64,000 bases of DNA from an uncultured Bifidobacteriaceae bacterium (GCA_964392775.1 CAYMRD010000010.1:10834-74833); one strand, 5' to 3'; positions 31,233 to 39,799 are shown, numbered from the stretch's first letter. Notes: generated by a model not told the origin, from the letters alone. Numbers and translations: made by a program.

Positions 31233-32786
31233 TAGGGCAGTTCAGCCCCTCCTTTACCGGTCATCCGATCGTTTACAAGATTCCCTATAAACTTAGCAAA
31301 TGGCTCAAAGTTTTGCTCCACACTTGCACTTTCAAGAGCCTGCATATATTCATCACGTTTTTCGACAGGAATAACAGTCCAAGGATACCCTCCGGAAGCT
31401 AACATCACATTCATCAAAAAGCGTCCCATGCGCCCATTGCCATCCATGTAAGGGTGAATAAATACAAAAATGAAATGCCCAAGGACTACCCTTACTGAGG
31501 CTTCCTGTTCTTCTTCCAACAATTCAAAAAGTATTGGCATAGCGTCTCGCATACCTTCTACATTTAATGGCACATGCTTGGAATTACTTATGTAAACCTG
31601 ATGACTCCGATATCCAGCTAAATCAGACGGCTTTAACAACCCTACTGCTACACTTGGATCAAACAGTTGCCTATACCATCTTGGGTGATCATTCCATACC
31701 CGTTTCCCGGAATTTTCACCTGTAAGAATTGCCTTTATGGAATCTTTAACTACTTGGAACGTTTGCCAATAACCTCTGGCAGCCATTGCGTCTCTTTGTT
31801 TCCTGTCTTCCGCATTTTCTTTCGCGTTCCATTTACCGGAACTTACTTTCGCGATTAATTCAGGTGTTACTTTGTAACGTTCGATGGATAGTGAGTGATA
31901 AGCGTCAAGTCAGATAGATATCATCAATATCTTTCAAAAAAGCGTCATAATCTTTAGGAAGCCCGGGAGCCTTCGGAAAATTAGCAATTACTTTCTCACG
32001 CATCTCCATCCACATCAGACGAATGCGATTTGCATAAGGGGAACGTTCGCGGGAGGATAGCTTAATATTCAACCTAAACTCAAACGGATCTTCTTCACGT
32101 ATATCATAATCCGCTTGTTTGAATGTTTCTATGATTTGATCAGCAATCCTTTCTTGATGAATATTCCGAAAAGCTCCGGCCAGTCGACCAGCCAATGTAG
32201 TGTGTCCATTTTCCAATAACGCAGGCAACAATTCCGAAGCATCCCTAATTAAGGCAAGTGCTGTGCGGGCATCTATTGCATTATGAGTATAAACCGCTCC
32301 TGTACTATAAATAAGTGCAGATTGAAGATTATATATGCGAATGCCTTTATACACCTCCATTTGTTCAACGGGAGAAATATCTGTCTTTAAATTAAACAGT
32401 GATGTATTGTGTGGTAACGGTGTCGGTTTGTTATTTCCTTGCGAAGATCGCACAAGTAACTGATGTGGTACTGCCCAGTTGCCTGCATGAAGGAGCAAAG
32501 ATTGATCAGCGGATAAACACCAGTTATCTCCATATTTACGCTCCAAAAACTGTGCAACAAATTCCCAATATGAGCTATACCAAGCGGTGGTTTCCCCATC
32601 TCTTTCGTCAGGATTTGTAGCAATATACCACCCCTTAGTCACTTGACGCAGAAAGCCCTTTTTTACGAGTAACTGCCTGTGTTTTGCATTCGGTATATCA
32701 TTCGTATGAATGCCCACCCCCCCCTCATCCTGTACATTTTTCAGAAAGGTAAGGGCTTCTGCAAATCGTTCATTAGGTGTGGCCAT
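31232..32786 (-). pseudogene. Fic/Doc (Fido) family protein gene split by a +1 frameshift near 31905-31910 (ORFs 31905-32786 and 31232-31786 plus an in-frame open extension)
   Basis: The downstream part carries the Fido active-site motif HPYMDGNGRMGRF. The upstream 293-aa ORF is the long N-terminal region typical of ~500-aa Fic proteins. The lower reading frame is open from 31909 (LDAYHSLSIERYKVTPELIAKVSSGKWNAKENAEDRKQRDAM...), so a single-nucleotide indel at ctgACTTGAc would fuse them (~517 aa). Confidence 0.7.
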
Positions 32787-32831
32787 AGTCTTATAATTTT
32801 TATAAATAAACCTATCTATCCTTTGCTATTC

Positions 32832-32947
32832 TTAGTAAACACATACGTAGAACTACTAGTAAACACAAACGTACAACTATTAGTAAACATAAGCGTGTTA
32901 TTTTTAGTAAAACTAAACGTGTTACAATTAGTAAACGTATCAATATT
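32832..32947. promoter_or_regulatory. Five tandem 24-bp iteron-like direct repeats (TAGTAAAC...ACGT...) immediately upstream of the Fic start
   Basis: TAGTAAAC recurs at 32833, 32857, 32881, 32905 (TAGTAAAA) and 32929 with exact 24-bp phasing: ttagtaaacacatacgtagaactac / tagtaaacacaaacgtacaactat / tagtaaacataagcgtgttattt / ttagtaaaactaaacgtgttacaa / ttagtaaacgtatcaatat. Confidence 0.7.
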
Positions 32948-33181
32948 AAGCATAATATATTAAGCAACAGCAATTTAAATCAAATTACAACGATTCACCC
33001 CAGAGGATGAAACCTGTTAATTAGCTCCCGCTGCTCATCTATCGAGGTCTGGCGATACCGCGCAGTTGAGGATATCTACTTATGTCCGGCCATAAGACGA
33101 TAAGTTCTTGGTTCTACACAGGAACCAAATATTAGTACTATTAATGACAAAATTCTAATGCTATTCATTACATAAGAATCA

Positions 33182-33361
33182 AAAGTGATGAATGGGACAC
33201 GTAGAAATTATAAAATCAATCAGAACAACCTCTCATACATTTAAAACAAAAAAGATAAGGTTCATTACGCCCTCTCATTTGTCTTTCTTCAACAACAAAC
33301 CTGCTGAAAACAAATGAAATATAAAAACAGAATTCGAATAAGTGATAAATGGTACACTGCC
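33182..33361. repeat. Repeat A copy 1 (180 bp)
   Basis: 100% identical to 35281-35460 by eye. Sharp boundaries; the flanks differ between copies. Internal sub-terminal direct repeats AAGTGATGAATGGGACAC ... AAGTGATAAATGGTACAC. Confidence 0.9.
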
Positions 33362-33520
33362 TATTTTATTGAATTAGAAGTAAAATATGTAGTAAAATAC
33401 ATTTAGTAAAATTTAAACGACAAAGAGAATAATTATGGCTAAATATGTATTTAATTGCATTTATTGAAGAATAAATATATCTTTGCTAGTAGAAATAACT
33501 CATATAATGTATTTAAATAC

Positions 33521-33730
33521 ATGAAAAGTCTAGAATTAGCAGAAATAGTAAAAAGGAGAAGAGAAGAATTAGGAATAACTCAAAAAGATTTAGCAGAAAT
33601 GAGCGGAATTCATTTGCGAAGTATTAGTACAATAGAAAGTGGAGATGCAAACCCAACATTAGAGATTATAAGCCAAATAGCAGATATACTGGGATTAGAA
33701 ATACTATTAAAAGTTAAAGGAATAGAATAA
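33521..33730 (+). CDS. hipB: XRE-family HTH transcriptional regulator (HipB-like antitoxin/repressor component)
   Basis: MKSLELAEIVKRRREELGITQKDLAEMSGIHLRSISTIESGDANPTLEIISQIADILGLEI is a canonical Cro/C1 HTH. It ends 1 nt before the next gene. Confidence 0.8.
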   Translation: MKSLELAEIVKRRREELGITQKDLAEMSGIHLRSISTIESGDANPTLEIISQIADILGLEILLKVKGIE

Positions 33731-33731
33731 T

Positions 33732-34055
33732 ATGAAGCGAATGGCTAATGTATATATCAACAAAGAACTAGCAGGGATCTTGACTCACGAAAATGAATAT
33801 ACATTTCGTTATCAAGATTTATATTATAGTGATTCTAATAAACCAGCGATTAGCTTAACTCTACCGAAATCTAAGCAGGAATATACATCACCAATTCTTT
33901 TTCCATTTTTCTTTAACATGCTCGCGGAAGGAGTAAATCGACAATTGCAAAGTAGAAGATACAGAATTGATGAAACAGATTACTTCGGCTTATTATTGGC
34001 AACAGCTCAATATGATACAATTGGGGCAATCACATTAGAGGAGATTAAAGAATGA
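33732..34055 (+). CDS. hipS: HipS-like protein (stand-alone HipA N-terminal subdomain, 107 aa)
   Basis: MANVYINKELAGILTHENEYTFRYQD... matches the HipA_N / 'couple_hipA' N-subdomain 1. Overlaps the downstream kinase gene by 4 nt (ATGA). Confidence 0.7.
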   Translation: MKRMANVYINKELAGILTHENEYTFRYQDLYYSDSNKPAISLTLPKSKQEYTSPILFPFFFNMLAEGVNRQLQSRRYRIDETDYFGLLLATAQYDTIGAITLEEIKE

Positions 34056-35074
34056 GCACATTAGAAATAAATGTTTGTCCTGGAACGTTAAAAGAAGGTT
34101 TCAATACATATAGTCCAGCTTGTAAAAAGAGGGTCTTTAATGGTCGAGCTGTAAGCCATATTTTACCATTCCAAGCTCCTGACAAGGAAGGTGCGGATCA
34201 GGCTAAGTATCTTGAGAATAGAAAGAGGTTATCTATTTCAGGTGTTCAGGAAAAAATAACCTTATTTCTGGAAAAGAATAAATTTCGGTTCCCAGATGAA
34301 AATGAAGGAGGGCAATATATACTAAAGCCAATCCCAAGAGACTTATTACATGTAAGTCAAGTTCCTGCTAATGAGCATCTGACTATGCAAATTGCTGAGC
34401 AAGTTTTTGATATTCTAACTGCTCCAAATGCTATGATTTTTTTCAATGACTACTTACCAGCATACATTACCAAACGCTTTGATATAAAAGAGGATGGCAC
34501 AAGAAGAAGAAAAGAGGATTTTGCCTCTCTAGCACAAAAAACAGAAGAAAATGCAGGAAAAAATTTTAAGTATGACTATAGCTATCTTGGGGTTGCCGAA
34601 TTGATTAAGAAATATGTCCCTGCATATATCCCACAACTAGAACGTTTTTATACTCTAATTCTATTTAACTATCTTTTTAGTAATGGTGATGCTCACCTAA
34701 AGAACTTTTCACTACTTGAAACAGAGTCTAATGATTTTTTGCTGGCCCCAGCCTACGATTTAGTTTGTACCCGTATACATGTAGACGATGGGGATATGGG
34801 ATTAAAAGAGGGCCTTTACGATGAAGACATTGATCATCCAAGCTATGCAAAGTATGGATTTCATGCCTATGACGATTTCTATGACTTTGGTCTAAAGATT
34901 GGGCTTAAAGAAAGTCGAATACAAAAGATTCTTTTGTCATTTTCATTGAATCAAGAAATTGTTTTGTCCTTAATCGATAGATCATTCCTTAATCCTGAAT
35001 GCAAAGAGAATTATAGAAATCTGTATTTGGATAAACTTAGGCGATTCAAAATGTCAGAATCAGGAAGACTTTAA
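34052..35074 (+). CDS. hipT: HipT-like Ser/Thr kinase toxin (HipA C-terminal kinase domain lacking N-subdomain 1)
   Basis: Gly-rich loop LSISGVQEKITLFL (the SIS-G-V-Q pattern of HipT autophosphorylation serines). Catalytic motif GDAHLKNFSLL (HipA DxHxKNxS). PAYDLVCT activation-loop motif. Confidence 0.75.
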   Translation: MSTLEINVCPGTLKEGFNTYSPACKKRVFNGRAVSHILPFQAPDKEGADQAKYLENRKRLSISGVQEKITLFLEKNKFRFPDENEGGQYILKPIPRDLLHVSQVPANEHLTMQIAEQVFDILTAPNAMIFFNDYLPAYITKRFDIKEDGTRRRKEDFASLAQKTEENAGKNFKYDYSYLGVAELIKKYVPAYIPQLERFYTLILFNYLFSNGDAHLKNFSLLETESNDFLLAPAYDLVCTRIHVDDGDMGLKEGLYDEDIDHPSYAKYGFHAYDDFYDFGLKIGLKESRIQKILLSFSLNQEIVLSLIDRSFLNPECKENYRNLYLDKLRRFKMSESGRL

Positions 35075-35280
35075 TTCTATTAAATTGAAATAAGTCGTGC
35101 TCTATAACTGAGATCTCTATAAAACTTACATGTAAAAAGCATACGATTCTTTGGGTTGTTCATTTTCGCCAAGATATTTCATAATTTCACCAACACGCCT
35201 TGCACAGCCAATAGTGATAGGATATTTATTATCAAACTGTGTGTTATTCCAATTCATTTTAGTCAAACCAAGCACTTCTT

Positions 35281-35460
35281 TAAAGTGATGAATGGGACAC
35301 GTAGAAATTATAAAATCAATCAGAACAACCTCTCATACATTTAAAACAAAAAAGATAAGGTTCATTACGCCCTCTCATTTGTCTTTCTTCAACAACAAAC
35401 CTGCTGAAAACAAATGAAATATAAAAACAGAATTCGAATAAGTGATAAATGGTACACTGC
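35281..35460. repeat. Repeat A copy 2 (180 bp)
   Basis: Identical to copy 1. Lies 44 bp from repeat B copy 2. Confidence 0.9.
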
Positions 35461-35504
35461 CGGAAAAGTGTAGAAGGCTTTGGAAAAATTGCGAGCGAAA
35501 AATA

Positions 35505-35573
35505 AATAACAGTTTACAGTTTGTTGTGATGGCATTCCTCAGAATTCTACTCAATAGATTATGAACAGGCTCT
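35505..35573. repeat. Repeat B copy 2 (69 bp)
   Basis: Identical to 31164-31232. On the minus strand it is translated in-frame after the Rhs-core remnant (EPVHNLLSRILRNAITTNCKLLF). Confidence 0.9.
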
Positions 35574-35576
35574 AAG

Positions 35577-35689
35577 AACCGTCCTAATCTCGGATTATAA
35601 ATTCTGAACCCATAATCTTGTTGATTTCCAGCTCCGGAAACTTCATTATCATTCTCCTTGCCATTGAACCCGAAACGGTGCAACTCCAC
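35577..35689 (-). pseudogene. Orphan remnant of an RHS/YD-repeat core C-terminus (…GFNGKENDNEVSGAGNQQDYGFRIYNPRLGRFL), truncated exactly at the repeat-B junction
   Basis: The peptide matches the end of the RHS repeat-associated core domain (…YGYNGKE.D.E.GL..YGARYYDP.LGRF…). The expected continuation (…DP…NPYxYxxNNP…DPxGL + toxin domain) is absent; instead the frame runs into repeats B2 and A2. Confidence 0.6.
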
Positions 35690-35692
35690 CCA

Positions 35693-36160
35693 CTACCGTC
35701 TTTTTGTTCCTCGTTTAATTCCACTATTCTCAAAATTTTGAATCATTAAACTGTAACATGTTATAACATTTTTGCTTTCGATTGATTCAATTTCAGTGAG
35801 AATATGTTGTAACTTATTTAGACTTTCAAGCAGGCTTTCTTCATTCCCAATAATTGAATAAGTGGCATTCATAGTATCATTTGTCACAATTATTAAATAG
35901 TTATGCCCCCCATGAGATGAACCGTCACCAAAGGAATAAATTGTATTAGGAACAGATGTATAAAACACAGATTGGATTTTGTGAGCAAAATAGGTTTTAT
36001 TTCGAACCAGATCAGCATATCTATTATTGCTATCTTTAACTAAAGAATGCTCAATGATATTTCTAACATAGGCCGGTATATTCTGGGCCATTAATATGTT
36101 ATTGTTGAAATTTAAAAAAGTCACAATAACTAAGCAAAAATTAATTTTAATTATTTTCAT
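35693..36160 (-). CDS. Hypothetical small secreted protein (AT-rich, signal peptide MKIIKINFCLVIVTFLNF)
   Basis: 156 aa, ~30% GC, no recognisable domain. Sits 4 nt upstream of the Rhs-core remnant on the same strand. Confidence 0.4.
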   Translation of the reverse strand: MKIIKINFCLVIVTFLNFNNNILMAQNIPAYVRNIIEHSLVKDSNNRYADLVRNKTYFAHKIQSVFYTSVPNTIYSFGDGSSHGGHNYLIIVTNDTMNATYSIIGNEESLLESLNKLQHILTEIESIESKNVITCYSLMIQNFENSGIKRGTKRR

Positions 36161-36309
36161 TTCATTTGTGTTATGAAAGATCATTATTTTTTTTCAACAT
36201 CGTGAACTTTCGTTCCTTCTTTGTCAACACTTTGATAAAATTTCACTTCATTTTCTGTTGGCTTTTTCTCAGGATCACTTGGAGAGGGCACAACACTCCT
36301 GTTAGATTT

Positions 36310-36345
36310 CCCGTTGGCGCGGACGTGTCGTCCGCGCCAACGGGG
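36310..36345. repeat. 36-bp GC-rich perfect palindrome (16-bp arms, 4-nt loop)
   Basis: cccgttggcgcggacg-tgtc-cgtccgcgccaacggg, embedded in AT-rich DNA. Neither strand has a following T run, so it is not a canonical intrinsic terminator. Confidence 0.7.
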
Positions 36346-36446
36346 ATACAAGCATCTTCACAGAATTGTTCTTTCCTATTGAACTCGTCATGGATGATAA
36401 ATGAGACATTCCACTTAGGGCAATTAAATATAATTTCTTCTCGCTA

Positions 36447-36560
36447 AAAAAAGATAAGGTTCATTACGCCCTCTCATTTGCCTTTCTCCAACAACAAACC
36501 TGCTGAAAACAAATGAAATATAAAAACAGAATTCGAATAAGTGATAAATGGTACACTGCC
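36447..36560. repeat. Repeat A copy 3 (3'-partial, 114 bp, 2 mismatches)
   Basis: Matches the 3' 114 bp of repeat A (aaaaagataaggttcattacgccctctcatttgCctttctCc...ggtacactgcc) with the same sharp 3' boundary. Lies ~210 bp from the tRNA-fMet 3' end. Confidence 0.85.
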
Positions 36561-36722
36561 GACAGCTATGCTGTTGATACTTTTTACATAACAGGCATTG
36601 AAATTTTTGAGTTCCATTTTTCTAAAAACCTTTCTTAATGCATTGAGCATCACAAAGTTTACACCTCATATTTTCAGGTGATAATTAGGAACACGACTCT
36701 GGCAGAGTTGGCAGAGTTCTAA

Positions 36723-36765
36723 AAAAATAAGGGTTTCAACAATCTGTCAAAACCCTTTATTTTAC
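36723..36765 (-). terminator. Rho-independent terminator of tRNA-fMet
   Basis: The minus strand reads aagggttttgacagattgttgaaaccctt followed by atttttttag. Confidence 0.65.
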
Positions 36766-36768
36766 TTG

Positions 36769-36840
<72 letters not shown>

Positions 36841-36988
36841 ATGTATCTTTTGTTTATTGAAACTTCTGATTGTCGCCAACCAAACCATAATATGTTTGTT
36901 TTTCGGGGATGCAAATATAGTGAGCTTTTAATAGAATGCAACTATTTTCTGAAATTATTGTTGTTTCTTTGCAGCTCAATTTGTTAGC

Positions 36989-37876
36989 ATGTCACATCAG
37001 TCTGGTTTTATAAGTATCATCGGTAAACCCAATGTTGGTAAATCAACATTGATGAATGCCCTCGTAGGTGAAAAACTTTCTATTATTTCGCCAAAGGTGC
37101 AAACCACGCGCCACCGCATCATGGGTATTTTGAGTAAACCCGAATACCAACTGGTGTTTTCGGATACTCCCGGTATCATCGAGCCTAAGTACAAACTACA
37201 TGGCAATATGATGCAGTTTGTAAACGAAAGCCTTGCAGATGCCGATGTTGTGATTTACCTGACCGATACCTTTACCTCGGCCGAAAAAGACGCGGAACTC
37301 ATTGAGCGCATTAAGCTTATCAAAAGTCCTTTACTCATTGTGGTAAACAAAGTAGATGAATTGACCACCACCGAACAAATGATGGAACGGGTTAGCTTTT
37401 GGGAACAGCAAGTGCCAACAGCAACCGTGATTTCTATTTCGGCTCTCAACAAGTTTAACCTCGATGTTTTATTGCAAAACATTTTGAAGCATACACCTGT
37501 AGCTCCTCCTTTTTACCCTGATGATCAGCTCACCGACAAATCGGAACGTTTTATTGCTTCCGAAATGATTCGCGAAAAAATCATGATGCGCTATAAGGAA
37601 GAAATTCCATACAGCGTTCAGGTTGAAGTGGTTGAATTTAAAGAAGAAGAAAAGCTTATCCGCATAAGTGCCGAAATTTATGTAATGCGCGATTCGCAAA
37701 AAATCATCCTCATCGGTAAAGGAGGCATCGCTCTTAAACAAGTTGGGATTGCCGCACGCAGAGATATGGAAAAGTTTTTCGGTAAACAGGTATTTCTGCA
37801 AACCTTTGTAAAGGTGAAAGAAAACTGGAGAGACGATGACCGCATGCTCAAACATTTTGGATATAAAAACGACTAA
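36989..37876 (+). CDS. era: GTPase Era
   Basis: G1 GKPNVGKST, G3 DTPG, G4 NKVD, C-terminal KH domain. 295 aa. Confidence 0.92.
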   Translation: MSHQSGFISIIGKPNVGKSTLMNALVGEKLSIISPKVQTTRHRIMGILSKPEYQLVFSDTPGIIEPKYKLHGNMMQFVNESLADADVVIYLTDTFTSAEKDAELIERIKLIKSPLLIVVNKVDELTTTEQMMERVSFWEQQVPTATVISISALNKFNLDVLLQNILKHTPVAPPFYPDDQLTDKSERFIASEMIREKIMMRYKEEIPYSVQVEVVEFKEEEKLIRISAEIYVMRDSQKIILIGKGGIALKQVGIAARRDMEKFFGKQVFLQTFVKVKENWRDDDRMLKHFGYKND

Positions 37877-37913
37877 GCGCAGCGATTTGCGCAACTAAAA
37901 AGAAAATACACAC

Positions 37914-39233
37914 ATGGGAAATATAGTAGCTATTGTAGGACGACCAAACGTTGGGAAATCAACCTTATTTAACCGGTTGGTTGGAAACCGTAAGGCCATT
38001 GTTGACGATTATTCGGGTGTTACCCGCGACCGTCATTACGGGCTTGCCGAATGGACAGGACGTGAGTTCACCATTATTGACACCGGAGGATTTGTAGACG
38101 GCTCGGATGACATCTTCGAATCGGCCATTAACAGTCAGGTTAAACTTGCTGTTCAGGAGGCCGATGTAATCGCATTTATGGTTGATGTTGCAGACGGCAT
38201 CACGGATTTAGACAAGTCGGTTGCAAACCTGTTGCGCAAAAGCAAAAAGCCTGTAATGCTTGTGGTGAACAAAGTGGATAACAACGATAGGATCGCTTAC
38301 GCCAGCGAATTTTATGGTTTAGGTTTCGATAAGCTGTTTAATATTTCATCCGCATCAGGAAGTGGAACAGGCGATTTATTGGATGAGATTGTGGCCAACT
38401 TACCGGCTCCAACCGAAGAAGATGAAAACGAAGAAGAAGCGGAATCGCTTCCTAAAATTGCCATCGTAGGACGTCCAAATGTTGGCAAATCATCACTGGT
38501 AAATGCTCTTTTGGGCGAAGAACGCAATATTGTAACCGAAGTGGCCGGAACTACCCGCGATACCATTGATACGCTTTACAACGGATTCGGACATAAATTT
38601 TTACTGATTGATACGGCCGGAATCAGACGTAAAGCCAAAGTTAAAGAAGATATCGAGTTTTACTCGGTGATGCGTTCCGTTAAAGCCATTGAAAACTGTG
38701 ATGTTGCTGTTTTGGTGATTGATGCCACCGTAGGCATTGACTCTCAGGACATCAACCTTGTTCATTTAATTGAAACCAACAGCAAGGGCATGGTGGTATT
38801 GGTAAACAAATGGGATTTGGTTGAAAAAGACCATAAAACATCTGTTGAGTTCGAGAAAGTCATTCGCAAAAAACTGGAACCGTTTACCGATGTGCCTATT
38901 ATTTTCACCTCGGCCATAACCAAACAGCGTATTCACAAAGCCGTTGAAATGGCTATGCTGGTAAATGAGAACCGCAAACGCAGAATCCCAACACATAAAC
39001 TAAATGATGTGATGCTGGCACATATTGAGGCCTACCAGCCGCCTGCAATCAAAGGTAAATATGTAAAAATCAAGTTTGTAACCCAATTACCGGGCCGCAG
39101 TCCTAAGTTTGCATTCTTCTGTAACTTACCTCAATACATTAACGACAGCTACAAACGCTATCTTGAGAACAAACTGAGAGAAAGCTTTGATTTACATGGA
39201 GTTCCAACAACAATATTCATGCGTAAAAAATAA
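37914..39233 (+). CDS. der: Ribosome-biogenesis GTPase Der (EngA), tandem GTPase domains
   Basis: Two G domains ([12 protein letters not shown] ... DTGG ... NKVD ; [12 protein letters not shown] ... DTAG ... NKWD) plus a C-terminal KH-like domain. Confidence 0.92.
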   Translation: MGNIVAIVGRPNVGKSTLFNRLVGNRKAIVDDYSGVTRDRHYGLAEWTGREFTIIDTGGFVDGSDDIFESAINSQVKLAVQEADVIAFMVDVADGITDLDKSVANLLRKSKKPVMLVVNKVDNNDRIAYASEFYGLGFDKLFNISSASGSGTGDLLDEIVANLPAPTEEDENEEEAESLPKIAIVGRPNVGKSSLVNALLGEERNIVTEVAGTTRDTIDTLYNGFGHKFLLIDTAGIRRKAKVKEDIEFYSVMRSVKAIENCDVAVLVIDATVGIDSQDINLVHLIETNSKGMVVLVNKWDLVEKDHKTSVEFEKVIRKKLEPFTDVPIIFTSAITKQRIHKAVEMAMLVNENRKRRIPTHKLNDVMLAHIEAYQPPAIKGKYVKIKFVTQLPGRSPKFAFFCNLPQYINDSYKRYLENKLRESFDLHGVPTTIFMRKK

Positions 39234-39300
39234 ATATATTGCAATTCTCATGGCCTTGCATACATTTGCACCGAATTTTAACCAATAAATATTTATTACA

Positions 39301-39507
39301 ATGAAAAAAGTATTATCAATCCTTGCTGCTGCTTCAATGTTGGCAGTAATCGCTTGCGGTCCTTCTGCTGAAGAAAAAAAGAAAGCTGACGAAAAACGTA
39401 TCCAAGATTCAATCGAAGCGGCTCAACGTATGGCTGATTCATTAGCTGCTATGGAAGCTGCTATGATGCCTGCTGATTCAGCTGCTGCTGATTCAGTTGC
39501 TAACTAA
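39301..39507 (+). CDS. Small Ala-rich lipoprotein (hypothetical)
   Basis: Lipobox LAVIAC|G, 68 aa with a repetitive DSxAA pattern. Followed by the strong terminator at 39536-39566. Confidence 0.45.
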   Translation: MKKVLSILAAASMLAVIACGPSAEEKKKADEKRIQDSIEAAQRMADSLAAMEAAMMPADSAAADSVAN

Positions 39508-39535
39508 TCAGAAGTTGCAGAAACGCATTAATCTA

Positions 39536-39566
39536 AAAAAGAGTGCTTAGGCACTCTTTTTTTTAC
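39536..39566 (+). terminator. Rho-independent terminator
   Basis: aaaaaagagtgcttaggcactctttttttt: 7-bp stem, T8 tail. Confidence 0.75.
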
Positions 39567-39585
39567 CCCTGAAATCAAAAAGAAT

Positions 39586-39616
39586 TTGTTTTTAAAAACC
39601 GGAAGGCATACTTTTG
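39586..39616 (+). promoter_or_regulatory. Candidate Bacteroidota sigma-A promoter for rpmH (-33 TTG ... -7 TACTTTTG)
   Basis: TTG at 39586-39588, 20-nt spacer, TACTTTTG (TAnnTTTG) at 39609-39616, ~21 nt upstream of the rpmH ATG. Confidence 0.45.
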
Positions 39617-39637
39617 CCGTCCTAATTAGTATAACGT

Positions 39638-39799
39638 ATGTCACTAAGAACGTTTCAACCTTCTGTAAGAAAAAGAAGAAATAAGCACGGATTCCGTGAA
39701 AGAATGAGCACTGCATCAGGCCGTAAAGTAATTAATGCCCGCAGAGCACGTGGACGCAAGAAACTTACCGTTTCAAGCGAAAAACGCCACAAAAAATAA
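39638..39799 (+). CDS. rpmH: 50S ribosomal protein L34 (not in the ORF track because it is <60 aa)
   Basis: [53 protein letters not shown] matches the universal L34 signature (TFQPS..KR....GFR.RM.T..GR.V...RR.KGR..L). It is followed by rnpA and yidD, the canonical order. Confidence 0.9.
   Translation: MSLRTFQPSVRKRRNKHGFRERMSTASGRKVINARRARGRKKLTVSSEKRHKK

Noticed and set aside
32679-32963. 94-aa + strand ORF upstream of Fic.
   Set aside because: Its translation (…LLVNTNVQLLVNISVLFLVKLNVLQLVNVSIL…) is just the five 24-bp iterons read in frame. It is not a gene.
35156-35344. 62-aa + strand ORF and the minus-strand open frame 35125-35256 abutting repeat A2.
   Set aside because: The + ORF runs into repeat A and is probably spurious. 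The minus-strand frame (…MNWNNTQFDNKYPITIGCARRVGEIMKYLGENEQPKESYAFYM) could be a C-terminal remnant of a gene interrupted by repeat A2, but there is no start context or homology I can recognise. Not called.
36166-36447. 93-aa + strand ORF spanning the GC-rich palindrome.
   Set aside because: The frame is kept open by the palindrome. There is no start context, and it overlaps the 5' region of the minus-strand secreted-protein gene.
39301-39507. Possibility that the Ala-rich 68-aa lipoprotein is a non-coding repeat.
   Set aside because: It has a proper lipobox, an RBS-like context and is followed by a strong terminator, so it is kept as a low-confidence CDS.
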